The notes beneath the pieces are model-generated. The model did not search any database. It was given only the letters and a program-made list of their open reading frames with translations, and was not told the origin of the DNA. Below are positions 20,690 through 29,802 of a stretch of 43,012 nucleotides of DNA, in pieces. The number at the start of each line of letters is the position of its first letter. Positions within the stretch are counted from its first letter, which is position 1. The position numbers and the translations under genes are program-made. Source of the stretch: Oleiphilaceae bacterium (GTDB lineage: Bacteria; Pseudomonadota; Gammaproteobacteria; Pseudomonadales; Oleiphilaceae); contig JBFJZQ010000001.1 of assembly GCA_041622015.1 (NCBI GenBank), positions 1 to 43,012 of the forward strand, given 5' to 3'.

Positions 20690-21217
20690 ATGAATTTTGA
20701 CAAAATCCCTGCAGGTAAAGATATTCCAAACGATATTTATGTAGCTATTGAAATTCCTGCGCAAAGCAGCCCGGTTAAGTATGAAATTGATAAAGACATG
20801 GGTGCTGTAATGGTTGACCGTTTCATGTCTACGCCGATGTTTTATCCAGCGAACTATGGTTTTATCCCAAATACCCTAGCAGATGATGGTGACCCTTTAG
20901 ACGTGCTTGTTATCACCCCATACCCTGTTATCCCAGGCTCAATCATCCGTTGTCGTGCGGTTGGCATGCTGGATATGGACGATGAAGCGGGCGGTGATGA
21001 GAAACTTGTTGCCGTGCCTCACGAGAAGCTATCAACACAATATGGCGACATCCAAGACGTAGAAGATATTCCACAGTTACTGCGCGATCAAATTCAACAC
21101 TTTTTTGAAAACTACAAAGACCTAGAAAAAGGTAAATGGGTTAAAGTAAAAGGCTGGAAAAATGCTGAAACAGCACGTGCCTCAATTGTTAAATCTGTAG
21201 AAGCTTATAATAAATAA
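20690..21217 (+). CDS. ppa: inorganic pyrophosphatase (family I)
   Basis: 175 aa. YEIDKD..., [29 protein letters not shown]. Confidence 0.95.
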   Translation: MNFDKIPAGKDIPNDIYVAIEIPAQSSPVKYEIDKDMGAVMVDRFMSTPMFYPANYGFIPNTLADDGDPLDVLVITPYPVIPGSIIRCRAVGMLDMDDEAGGDEKLVAVPHEKLSTQYGDIQDVEDIPQLLRDQIQHFFENYKDLEKGKWVKVKGWKNAETARASIVKSVEAYNK

Positions 21218-21237
21218 CGAAAGCATTAAGAAAAAAA

Positions 21238-21273
21238 GGGGGGCGTTGTTCAAAGCGACACCCCTTTTTTTTA
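21238..21273. terminator. bidirectional intrinsic terminator between convergent ppa and DUF2333 genes
   Basis: GC-rich stem ggggcgttg / cgacacccc (one mismatch, one G-U) with a 6-7 nt loop, flanked by A7 upstream and T8 downstream. Confidence 0.85.
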
Positions 21274-21314
21274 TGCCCCAAGAAGATAACAACTCATTCT
21301 CATTAACGATAAAG

Positions 21315-22364
21315 TTAACCTTGTTGTAACAGACTTCTCAAATCGGTAATTGCAGCGCTGGCTCTAGAGATATACGAAGACATGGTCAAGGAGTGATTCG
21401 CTAAAAACCCAAAACCACTTCCGTTCAAAACAACAGGGCTCCATACGGCATCTTGCGTCGCTTCAAGTTCGATAATGATTTGCTGTAGACTGACTAAGGC
21501 ATTTTTATTATCTAGCACACCTCGAAAGTCATGCTCTACAGCCTTTAATATATGCACCAAAGCCCAAGCCGTACCTCTTGCTTCATAAAAAACGTTATCA
21601 ACTTCTAGCCATGGGGTCTTGCGCTCTTCTATGGATAATGTCGCGGTTGATTGTTGAGCATTGGTATCACCAGCCAAACCCAAGTCCAATTGTTGACGAC
21701 CCACGCTCTCGCTCAAGCGACGTGATAAACTGCCTAAACGGTTTTCCACTTCAGATAACCACGCTCGTAAATTATCTGCACGAGCATAAAATTGTGCATC
21801 ATTTTTAGTTTTATCAGAGAGTCTAAGCAAGTAGCTTTTCATAGCTTTTACACCTCTGCGATACTCTGATTCACTCGCAGGCAAAGCCCAACTATTGTTA
21901 TCAAAATGAAATTGAGGTTCAGCAATCGTCAGGTCCTTATCTTCTACTGACTGACTTTGTGAGCGACTTAGCTCTTTGCGGAACACTCTAGCTAAATCTC
22001 GCACTTGCACCAACACACCAAATTCCCAGCTAGTGATATTATCCAACCATAAACCTGGCGGAAATATATCATTACTTATATAACCACCTTTTTTATCCAG
22101 CAAGGTTTCCATGAGCATGATCAAGGTTTCACTGGTGGTGAATCCCGTGACTCTCTCTCGACCTAACTCTTGAGCTTTTTGTTCTGCATACTGATTAACA
22201 TCTAGCAATTCAGGCTCACTACTCCAATACCAACCTAATGCTAAAGCTGCCAGAAAATATATTCCTACTACAATTCCTGCTATACGGGCCACTAGACCTC
22301 CTCCTAAGTAATCTTGAAAATCTTCTTTCCGATGTCGAATAAAATCAGCCAGTTTTCCTGCCAC
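21315..22364 (-). CDS. DUF2333 family membrane-anchored protein
   Basis: 349 aa. One N-terminal TM helix (IAGIVVGIYFLAALALGWYW), then ...KKGGYISNDIFPPGLWLDNITSWEFGVLVQVRDLARVFRKE..., which matches my recollection of DUF2333. It starts 24 nt downstream of the LapD-like gene, so the two are probably an operon. Confidence 0.75.
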   Translation of the reverse strand: MAGKLADFIRHRKEDFQDYLGGGLVARIAGIVVGIYFLAALALGWYWSSEPELLDVNQYAEQKAQELGRERVTGFTTSETLIMLMETLLDKKGGYISNDIFPPGLWLDNITSWEFGVLVQVRDLARVFRKELSRSQSQSVEDKDLTIAEPQFHFDNNSWALPASESEYRRGVKAMKSYLLRLSDKTKNDAQFYARADNLRAWLSEVENRLGSLSRRLSESVGRQQLDLGLAGDTNAQQSTATLSIEERKTPWLEVDNVFYEARGTAWALVHILKAVEHDFRGVLDNKNALVSLQQIIIELEATQDAVWSPVVLNGSGFGFLANHSLTMSSYISRASAAITDLRSLLQQG

Positions 22365-22388
22365 ACGCTTTTCCTATTTTATAGATTT

Positions 22389-24401
22389 TTAAGAATCAAA
22401 TACCGCATTTGCTTTCGGTCTTTCTAAATAATACCCCATTGCGCCATCTAAACCGATCATCATTAAGGCATCCCATTCTTCAACTGTCTCTACACCCACA
22501 GCAATCATTTTTGTAGACTGACCATGAGCCAGCTGAATGGCCGAACGCAGAAAGAACTGGTTCACTTGGTTATTGTGAATAGACCTGATAAAGCTATGAT
22601 CTACTTTTAAGACATCAATTGGAATTCTTTGCAAATAAGCAAACGAAGCCGTGCTCACACCAAAGCGTTCAATTGAAATCTTGAAGCTATGTTTTTTAGC
22701 AAGTTGACTCAAGGCTTGCAAAGCAGGCTCATTATAATTCACGACATGCTCACTCACCTCTATCATGAGATTTGAAGCTACATGAGGGGACTCTGTCATC
22801 TGCCCATCTAACCAAGCCATAAAACGCACATCCTGGAGGGCACTTTCGGACAAGGTGACACAATAAAAAACCGGATCAACTGACACCTTATCATCGACAA
22901 CATTTAAGCTCCCATTAGCAAAAGCAGCAAATACTTTTTCCATCACAAGCTGATCGATGGGCACCATTAACTGGAAACGCTCCGCCATCGGAAGAAACAA
23001 ACTCGCCACGATAAGGGCATCATTCACCTCGATTCGAGATAAAACTTGATAGTAATAAAGCTTATTATTCCTATCGAATACTTTCTGGGTATGCAGCTTC
23101 AAACTTCTCGCAGCTAAAACTTCTTGTAAAATACTGCGCCATTCATTCGCCTCACGGACTTCATCATTCATATCCAAGGACTCAATGTAAGCATATCGCT
23201 GCCAGCCTGACACCTTCTTACCTTGAGCTTGTCTAAGTGCCATATCAGCTTTGGATAACAAAATACTCGAAGTATCACCTTGCTGGACACAGGCCACACC
23301 TAAATGAAAACAGTCATCTCTGAGCAACTGCTTAATTTCGGATAAAGAATTAATTTCATTCATTAAGCCCTCAACCATTACATCAATTTCTGCTGACATC
23401 ACCAGAGGCAGAAAGACACTAAAATCTGCCGCGTTTCGTCTTGCCGCAAAAGCGCCTTGATGAGTCACCAGCAAATTCTTGATCAAGTTTGAAATATTCA
23501 CCAGAAATTTATCACCCTCTGCACGACCTTTTGAGTCATTTATTAATGATAAGTGATTGACCTGCAATAAAATTAAACTACCTTGAGCAGTGTGCTGCAG
23601 AGAATCCAGCTCGGTCTTCAAGCGGGCATCGAAGCCTTCCCTATTCCCTAAGCCCGTTAACTCATCAACAAATGACTTTGAACGCAGGTTTTCAATTAAA
23701 CTCAACTGTTCGCTAAACACCACACCCAACTGATTGGCCATGTCATTCATCGCTTGGGCAACACCTGCAAGCTCTCTGGTTTTAGGTACAGGCGCCCTTT
23801 GCGTAAACTGTTTTGCCGACATTGCTCGTGCTTGAACCTCGATCAACTTCAAGGGCATAAGCAAGCGGTCTAATAAGACATGTACGCCAAACAAACCCAG
23901 TAGCGCCATACCGAGAAACCAACTTAATTGAACTTGCAATAATTGCCAAAGCTCTGCTTCGGCAAAGCCAGAGTAGCTTTCTACGACGATGGTTCCAAGT
24001 TGAGTCCAACCTGACATCACCTCTGCCGTTCTTTTGGGGGAAGGTAAATCCATTAAATGGCTAAACCATTGCGGCACACCTGATGGTAATTGTGTTCTCT
24101 TCCTAAGCACAATTGGGCTGCCATCGACAGAAAACAACACAATCTGTTGATATTCACCGCTATCAAATAATGCATCAATCATTCTACCCGCGGTGATTTC
24201 ATCAGGATTATCGACCACCGTTGACAGAGAAAGCCCTAATGAGTTCGCTGCATCCTGAGCATGAGAACGTAACTGCTGATTCAAATTATCTCGCACCATT
24301 AAGATACTTAGCACAAAGCTTATCGAAAGTAAGATCAATAGCAGTAAGCCGATAAAACTTAGAAGAGTTTGCTGAAGCGTTCGGTTTCGATGTTTCATCA
24401 T
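22389..24401 (-). CDS. LapD-like c-di-GMP receptor: LapD_MoxY_N periplasmic domain - HAMP - degenerate GGDEF - degenerate EAL
   Basis: 670 aa. TM1, then RDNLNQQLRSHAQDAANSLGLSLS and a GWTQ (GWxQ) loop at aa 131-134, then TM2. The GGDEF domain has RRNAADF in place of GGDEF. The EAL domain has QVLSR for EALxR, VTLS for VNLS and ERFG for DDFG, while EVSE and KVDHSF are retained. Confidence 0.85.
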   Translation of the reverse strand: MMKHRNRTLQQTLLSFIGLLLLILLSISFVLSILMVRDNLNQQLRSHAQDAANSLGLSLSTVVDNPDEITAGRMIDALFDSGEYQQIVLFSVDGSPIVLRKRTQLPSGVPQWFSHLMDLPSPKRTAEVMSGWTQLGTIVVESYSGFAEAELWQLLQVQLSWFLGMALLGLFGVHVLLDRLLMPLKLIEVQARAMSAKQFTQRAPVPKTRELAGVAQAMNDMANQLGVVFSEQLSLIENLRSKSFVDELTGLGNREGFDARLKTELDSLQHTAQGSLILLQVNHLSLINDSKGRAEGDKFLVNISNLIKNLLVTHQGAFAARRNAADFSVFLPLVMSAEIDVMVEGLMNEINSLSEIKQLLRDDCFHLGVACVQQGDTSSILLSKADMALRQAQGKKVSGWQRYAYIESLDMNDEVREANEWRSILQEVLAARSLKLHTQKVFDRNNKLYYYQVLSRIEVNDALIVASLFLPMAERFQLMVPIDQLVMEKVFAAFANGSLNVVDDKVSVDPVFYCVTLSESALQDVRFMAWLDGQMTESPHVASNLMIEVSEHVVNYNEPALQALSQLAKKHSFKISIERFGVSTASFAYLQRIPIDVLKVDHSFIRSIHNNQVNQFFLRSAIQLAHGQSTKMIAVGVETVEEWDALMMIGLDGAMGYYLERPKANAVFDS

Positions 24402-24756
24402 GCTATATATTTATCTATTTGAAGTGGAAAAATAAATTTTTGCTCGCCTTAATTTGAAGGCGAAGATAAAAACTGACATAAAAATAAAGATATCGACAGT
24501 CACTTATATAACTATAGCGCCTATGCTCTTAGATTAACGACAAACCTGAAAATACTTTCAAATCTGCCTAATAATAGAACAGCTTACAAAGCCTGACATT
24601 TTTTGACGATAAAATCCTGTCAATCTATGCATATATGCTAAATTTAGTACTAAGATTATAACGCCTGCAAAGACAAGACTGCCAACCAATGCTCAAAGAT
24701 TCAGAATCTGCGGGCTTTAAATGACAGATAATTAAAAGATTGACCAGGACAGATTA

Positions 24757-26415
24757 ATGGCGCCCGAGAATAAGCGTGAAAAATTAAAACAACTCTTCGC
24801 GAAACGCGTAACGACCCAAGCACGCGTTGTCTTAGACCTCTATCAAAAGTGTAAAGCAAGTGAATGGCAAGAAGCTGAGAGAACAACCGATTTTGCTGAT
24901 GCAAGCGAAAAACTGTTGCGCTTTGCGTCTCGATTTAATATGTCTCGACAAGAAGATGTTGCGTTCAAGATTTGTGAGGCATTAAAAGATTTCTTAACCA
25001 GCAATCAAGAGAGTAAAGATAAACCTTCTACGCTAAGCCATGAACAAAATCAAACCATAGAAAAAGCCATTCAATCACTAAACGAATGCACTCTCAGAAA
25101 AAGTGACCAACACACCACCATGACGATTGGTCAAAGCAGTCCTAGAACCTTCCTTCGGCCGCCTATTTATTTAGCTTTAAACAATAGTGAATACGCTAAC
25201 CGAATCATCAATCAACTAGAATTTTTTGGCTTCAGGTCGCTTAGCTTTGAGACGGTAGATGATTTTATTCACGCGTCTACACAAGATCAACCCGAAACTA
25301 TCGTGGCAGATGTTGATTTTGGCGGACAAGATTTTGGCGGAATCGAGGCCGTTCGAGAAATTCAAGAAAACAATGAAACGACCATTCCAACCATATATGT
25401 TAGTGAACACAAAGATGATATTGAAACCCGACTAATGGCGTCAAGAAATGGCGGAGAAGAATTCTTCTATCAGGCAATTGATCCTGGCCAGCTCATTGAA
25501 AAAATTGAACAGTACTCACATTCCAATGTTCAAGACCCGTATCGAATTTTAGTGGTAGATGACTCAAGAGCCCAAGCCAAATACATAGAGAATATTCTCA
25601 TTAAAACCGGCATGATTCCCAAGGTTGAAACGGATCCTATGCAAGTATTGGTTGCTTTGGATAAGTTTCAACCCGAAATAATCATTATGGACATGTACAT
25701 GCCGGGCTGCACGGGAATGGAATTAGCTCGGGTTATCCGTCAACAAGATAAATTTCATAGCGTACCTATTATTTATTTATCAGCAGAGGATGATCTAAAC
25801 AAACAGCTTCATGCGATGAGTTTGGGTGGCGATGACTTCCTAACCAAACCCATTGATCCTAAACATCTCATTGCAACCTTACAAAATAGAGGACGAAGAG
25901 CTCGCTCTCTTATCGCTTTAATGATTAGAGACAGTCTAACTGGCTTATATAATCACACGCATACCTTACATTTATTAGAGGTTGAAATTAACAAGGCAGC
26001 TGAACGAAATAAGCCCGTTTGTTTTGCAATGCTGGACATAGACTTCTTTAAAAAAATCAATGACAACTACGGCCACCCAATAGGTGACCGTGTGCTAAAA
26101 AGTTTATCTTTATTTTTAAAGCAACGCCTGCGCAAGACAGACCATATTGGTCGCTATGGCGGTGAGGAATTCGCAATTGTCTTACCGAATACCACCGAAA
26201 GAGATGCAAAAACTATCATAAATGAAATCAGAGAACGCTTTGCTGAGCTTCCTCAACCGGCGGGTAATGGCACATTCAATGTCACATTCAGCTGCGGAAT
26301 AGCATTATCACAGAATGAAAACGCTCAATCCTTATGTGAAAAAGCTGACCAAGCGCTCTATGATGCGAAACGAAATGGCCGTAATACAGTACGTTGTTAC
26401 AATATAGACATGTAA
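24757..26415 (+). CDS. response-regulator diguanylate cyclase (N-terminal helical region - pseudo-receiver - receiver - GGDEF)
   Basis: 552 aa. REC2 is canonical (ILVVDDS..., IIIMDMYMPGCTG, IIYLSAEDD, GGDDFLTKP). REC1 has NN instead of the acidic DD pair. The GGDEF domain is intact, with RKTD I-site five residues before GGEEF. Domain order and neighbourhood (aroQ-accBC-prmA-dusB-fis-purH) resemble the P. aeruginosa PA4843 locus as I recall it. Confidence 0.9.
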   Translation: MAPENKREKLKQLFAKRVTTQARVVLDLYQKCKASEWQEAERTTDFADASEKLLRFASRFNMSRQEDVAFKICEALKDFLTSNQESKDKPSTLSHEQNQTIEKAIQSLNECTLRKSDQHTTMTIGQSSPRTFLRPPIYLALNNSEYANRIINQLEFFGFRSLSFETVDDFIHASTQDQPETIVADVDFGGQDFGGIEAVREIQENNETTIPTIYVSEHKDDIETRLMASRNGGEEFFYQAIDPGQLIEKIEQYSHSNVQDPYRILVVDDSRAQAKYIENILIKTGMIPKVETDPMQVLVALDKFQPEIIIMDMYMPGCTGMELARVIRQQDKFHSVPIIYLSAEDDLNKQLHAMSLGGDDFLTKPIDPKHLIATLQNRGRRARSLIALMIRDSLTGLYNHTHTLHLLEVEINKAAERNKPVCFAMLDIDFFKKINDNYGHPIGDRVLKSLSLFLKQRLRKTDHIGRYGGEEFAIVLPNTTERDAKTIINEIRERFAELPQPAGNGTFNVTFSCGIALSQNENAQSLCEKADQALYDAKRNGRNTVRCYNIDM

Positions 26416-26560
26416 GGAAACCTGCTTGTAAATAGCACCAAACATGGGCAAACTAGCCACAAAATTGTAGATATATTGCAATATTTAGATTGTAGTATTG
26501 CATGCAAAATTCCTCCCATTTAGAATTTTGCTCAATCCTCTCTTTTGTGAGAACTTTTTT

Positions 26561-26998
26561 ATGCCACACATCCTTGTTCTTCATGGCCCTAACCTCAATA
26601 TGCTTGGAACAAGAGAGCCAAGCATTTACGGCACAGAAACCCTAGAAGATATCAACAAACGCTTACAGAAGCTTTCTGAGAAGCAAACTATCTCGCTAGA
26701 TTATTTTCAGAGCAATGCCGAACACCTTCTAATTGACCGTGTTCATCAGGCCAAAAATGCAACCGACTTCATTATCATCAATCCAGCGGCTTTTACCCAT
26801 ACAAGTATCGCATTGAGAGATGCCTTGCTGGCCGTCGATATCCCTTTTATCGAAGTACATTTATCAAACGTTCATAGCCGGGAGACATTTCGTCACCACT
26901 CTTATTTTTCAGATATAGCGTTAGGCGTAATTTGCGGCCTAGGAAGTGCCGGTTACGACTTCGCCTTAACTAAAGCGATCGAGTTATTAAAATCTTAA
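26561..26998 (+). CDS. aroQ: type II 3-dehydroquinate dehydratase
   Basis: [24 protein letters not shown]..., [27 protein letters not shown]. The tracked ORF (26498) carries a 21-aa extension not seen in the family, so ATG 26561 was chosen. Confidence 0.93.
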   Translation: MPHILVLHGPNLNMLGTREPSIYGTETLEDINKRLQKLSEKQTISLDYFQSNAEHLLIDRVHQAKNATDFIIINPAAFTHTSIALRDALLAVDIPFIEVHLSNVHSRETFRHHSYFSDIALGVICGLGSAGYDFALTKAIELLKS

Positions 26999-27011
26999 TA
27001 CAGGAAAAATC

Positions 27012-27455
27012 ATGGACATTCGCAAGATTAAAAAACTGATTGAACTGATCACTGAATCAGACGTTGAAGAAATTGAAATAAAAGAAGGCGAAGAGACCAT
27101 TCGTATTAGTCGACGCTCTCAACAGGCTGTAAGCCAGGCAGTAGTGTCTTCTGCACCCCAAGCTAATTATGTGCAAGCCTCTGAAACACCTCAGCAAACA
27201 GCCGCACCTGAACAAAACAATGCCATCACTATTAACGCGCCGATGGTCGGTACTTTTTATCGATCTCCTTCACCGGATGCATCACCTTTCGTTGAAGTAG
27301 GACAAACTGTCAAAGAAGGCGATGTTATTTGTATCATTGAAGCAATGAAAATGATGAATCAAATAGAAGCTGACCGCAGCGGTGTCATTCAAGCTATAGA
27401 CGTTAACGATGGCGAGCCGGTTGAGTTTGATCAAGTTCTTTTCACAATAGCCTAA
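27012..27455 (+). CDS. accB: acetyl-CoA carboxylase biotin carboxyl carrier protein
   Basis: 147 aa. Biotinylation motif [13 protein letters not shown], and a Pro/Ala/Gln-rich linker. Confidence 0.95.
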   Translation: MDIRKIKKLIELITESDVEEIEIKEGEETIRISRRSQQAVSQAVVSSAPQANYVQASETPQQTAAPEQNNAITINAPMVGTFYRSPSPDASPFVEVGQTVKEGDVICIIEAMKMMNQIEADRSGVIQAIDVNDGEPVEFDQVLFTIA

Positions 27456-27479
27456 TTAAGACAAGCCAGGATTCAAACC

Positions 27480-28817
27480 ATGTTAAAAAAAGTCTTAATT
27501 GCAAATAGAGGCGAAATCGCTCTCAGAATTTTACGCGCTTGCAAAGAAATGGATATAAGTTCTGTGGCAGTCCATTCCAAGATCGACAGGGATTTAATGC
27601 ACGTCCGCCTGGCGGATGAGTCAGTATGCATTGGCAACAACAGCCCTGCTGAAAGCTATTTAAATATACCCGCGATTATCAGCGCTGCCGAAGTCACCGG
27701 CGCACAAGCGATTCATCCAGGCTATGGCTTTTTAGCGGAAAATGCTGACTTCGCTGAACAGGTAGAAAAAAGCGGCTTCATATTTATCGGCCCTCCTGCC
27801 AGCGTCATTCGCTTGATGGGAAACAAGGTTTCCGCCATCAAAGCAATGACTGCTGCCGGCGTGCCAACTGTTCCAGGTTCCGATGGCCCGATCACCAACA
27901 ATCATGACAGAACCAGAGCAATTGCGACAAAAATAGGTTACCCCGTGATCATTAAAGCAGCATCCGGCGGCGGTGGCCGAGGCATGCGGGTAGTTTATAA
28001 AGAAGCAGACCTTCTCAGCTCTATAGACCTGACTCAGTTAGAAGCTAAGTCTGCTTTTGGTGATGATACCGTTTACCTTGAAAAATATCTGGACCGTCCA
28101 CGCCATGTTGAAGTCCAAGTATTAGCTGATAATTTTGGCAATGTGATACATTTAGGTGATAGAGATTGCTCTTTACAGCGCAGACACCAAAAAGTCATTG
28201 AAGAAGCACCTGCACCCAATATTAATGAAGCTGCTCGACAAGCAACATTCAATGCCTGTGTGAAAGCCTGTAAAGATATAGGCTATCGTGGCGCAGGCAC
28301 CTTCGAGTTTCTTTATCAAGATGAGCAGTTTTACTTCATTGAAATGAATACCCGTGTTCAAGTTGAGCATCCAGTTACCGAGATGATCACAGGCATTAAT
28401 ATTGTTAAAGAACAAATTAGAATTGCCAGCGGACTACCTTTATCTGTATCTCAAAAAGAAGTCACTTTCAAAGGCCATGCTATTGAATGTCGCATTAATG
28501 CCGAAAACCCTAAAACATTTATTCCGAGCCCAGGCACTGTGACGCAATTCCATGCTCCCGGCGGTCTAGGCGTCAGAGTTGATTCACACTTATATAACGG
28601 CTACCAAGTTCCGCCTTATTATGACTCGCTAATCGCAAAATTAATTTGTCATAGTGAAGACAGGAATGCTGCACTAAATAGAACCGCAAACGCCTTAGAT
28701 GAAATGATTGTCGATGGAATTCAGTCAAATATTCCCTTGCATAGACAATTAGTTATGGACCCTGGGTTTAGAGCGATCGAGTTTAATATTCACTATTTAG
28801 AAAAACTGATTTCATAG
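27480..28817 (+). CDS. accC: acetyl-CoA carboxylase biotin carboxylase subunit
   Basis: 445 aa. [44 protein letters not shown]. Confidence 0.97.
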   Translation: MLKKVLIANRGEIALRILRACKEMDISSVAVHSKIDRDLMHVRLADESVCIGNNSPAESYLNIPAIISAAEVTGAQAIHPGYGFLAENADFAEQVEKSGFIFIGPPASVIRLMGNKVSAIKAMTAAGVPTVPGSDGPITNNHDRTRAIATKIGYPVIIKAASGGGGRGMRVVYKEADLLSSIDLTQLEAKSAFGDDTVYLEKYLDRPRHVEVQVLADNFGNVIHLGDRDCSLQRRHQKVIEEAPAPNINEAARQATFNACVKACKDIGYRGAGTFEFLYQDEQFYFIEMNTRVQVEHPVTEMITGINIVKEQIRIASGLPLSVSQKEVTFKGHAIECRINAENPKTFIPSPGTVTQFHAPGGLGVRVDSHLYNGYQVPPYYDSLIAKLICHSEDRNAALNRTANALDEMIVDGIQSNIPLHRQLVMDPGFRAIEFNIHYLEKLIS

Positions 28818-28862
28818 CCAATTTAAAAAATAACGAATTTTCTCTTAAGGTAATTATCACGC

Positions 28863-29762
28863 ATGAGCTGGATACAGTTAAAAGCATTTATATCACCCAA
28901 ACAAGCCGAAGCGATGGAAGAAAGTTTACTGGCAGCGGGTGCTTGTTCAGTCACTTATGAAGATGCAAAAGATCAACCTGTGCTAGAGCCTGAACTAGGC
29001 ACTACGCCCTTATGGGACGCTACCATCATCACAGGCTTATTCACCGCTGACGAAGATATGGAACAGGTACACTCGATTGCAAGCAATGTATTCCAACATT
29101 TAACAAGTGATAATCTTCCTGAATACCGCGTTGAAATATTGGAGAATCAAGATTGGTCTCGAACATGGATGGAGCACTTCAAACCCATGCAGTTTGGATC
29201 TCGACTGTGGATTTGCCCGAGTTGGCAACAAGCCCCCGACCCAAAAGCAGTCAATCTTTTACTCGATCCTGGCTTAGCTTTTGGAACGGGCACACACCCA
29301 ACGACGGCTCTTTGTTTAAAATGGTTAGACAGTCAAGGCGACACACTAAGCCGAAAATCTGTCATAGATTACGGCTGCGGCTCTGGCATATTAGGTATTG
29401 CAGCTTTACTCTTAGGAGCATCTAGTGTTGCTGGGGTTGATAATGATCCTCAAGCCTTGCTAGCCAGCAATGACAACCTGCTTAGAAATAAACTTCAAAG
29501 CTCACAACTTTCCTGTTATTTGCCGAATGATCTCCCTAAAATACAAGCAGATATACTTCTTGCAAATATCCTGGCCCAACCCTTGTATGAATTAAGAGAC
29601 CGTTTAGCCACATTAACCAAGCAAGGCGGATATATTGTTCTATCAGGTATATTAGAAGAGCAAGCTGAAGATCTTCGTGCTCATTATGAAGCTCATTTTG
29701 TTATGGATAAAGTCGTCATTGAGGATGGCTGGGCACGCTTGACCGGCACCAAAAAAGATTGA
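28863..29762 (+). CDS. prmA: ribosomal protein L11 methyltransferase
   Basis: 299 aa. LDPGLAFGTGTHPTT, IDYGCGSGILGIAA, DNDPQAL. Confidence 0.93.
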   Translation: MSWIQLKAFISPKQAEAMEESLLAAGACSVTYEDAKDQPVLEPELGTTPLWDATIITGLFTADEDMEQVHSIASNVFQHLTSDNLPEYRVEILENQDWSRTWMEHFKPMQFGSRLWICPSWQQAPDPKAVNLLLDPGLAFGTGTHPTTALCLKWLDSQGDTLSRKSVIDYGCGSGILGIAALLLGASSVAGVDNDPQALLASNDNLLRNKLQSSQLSCYLPNDLPKIQADILLANILAQPLYELRDRLATLTKQGGYIVLSGILEEQAEDLRAHYEAHFVMDKVVIEDGWARLTGTKKD

Positions 29763-29802
29763 TAATAGTTAAACTTCGCCGTTAAAGGATCAAAGCTTAG
29801 GC

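Noticed and set aside
24444-24463. 7-bp hairpin tcgcctt/aaggcga just upstream of the LapD-like start
   Set aside because: It has no U-tract in either orientation and is a short stem in AT-rich DNA. It may be a 5'-UTR element, but the evidence is too weak to call.
24701-24904. 67-aa minus-strand ORF overlapping the cyclase start
   Set aside because: It is antisense to the well-supported REC-REC-GGDEF gene and has no RBS.
25447-25461. A second GGEEF string (NGGEEFFYQ) in the cyclase
   Set aside because: It lies in alpha4/beta5 of the first receiver domain, where receivers have G-DDYL-KP. It is not part of a GGDEF fold. The true active site is GRYGGEEFAIVLP, near the C-terminus.
26498-26560. 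N-terminal extension of aroQ in the ORF track
   Set aside because: Type II dehydroquinases start directly at M[11 protein letters not shown], and the extension is hydrophobic junk.
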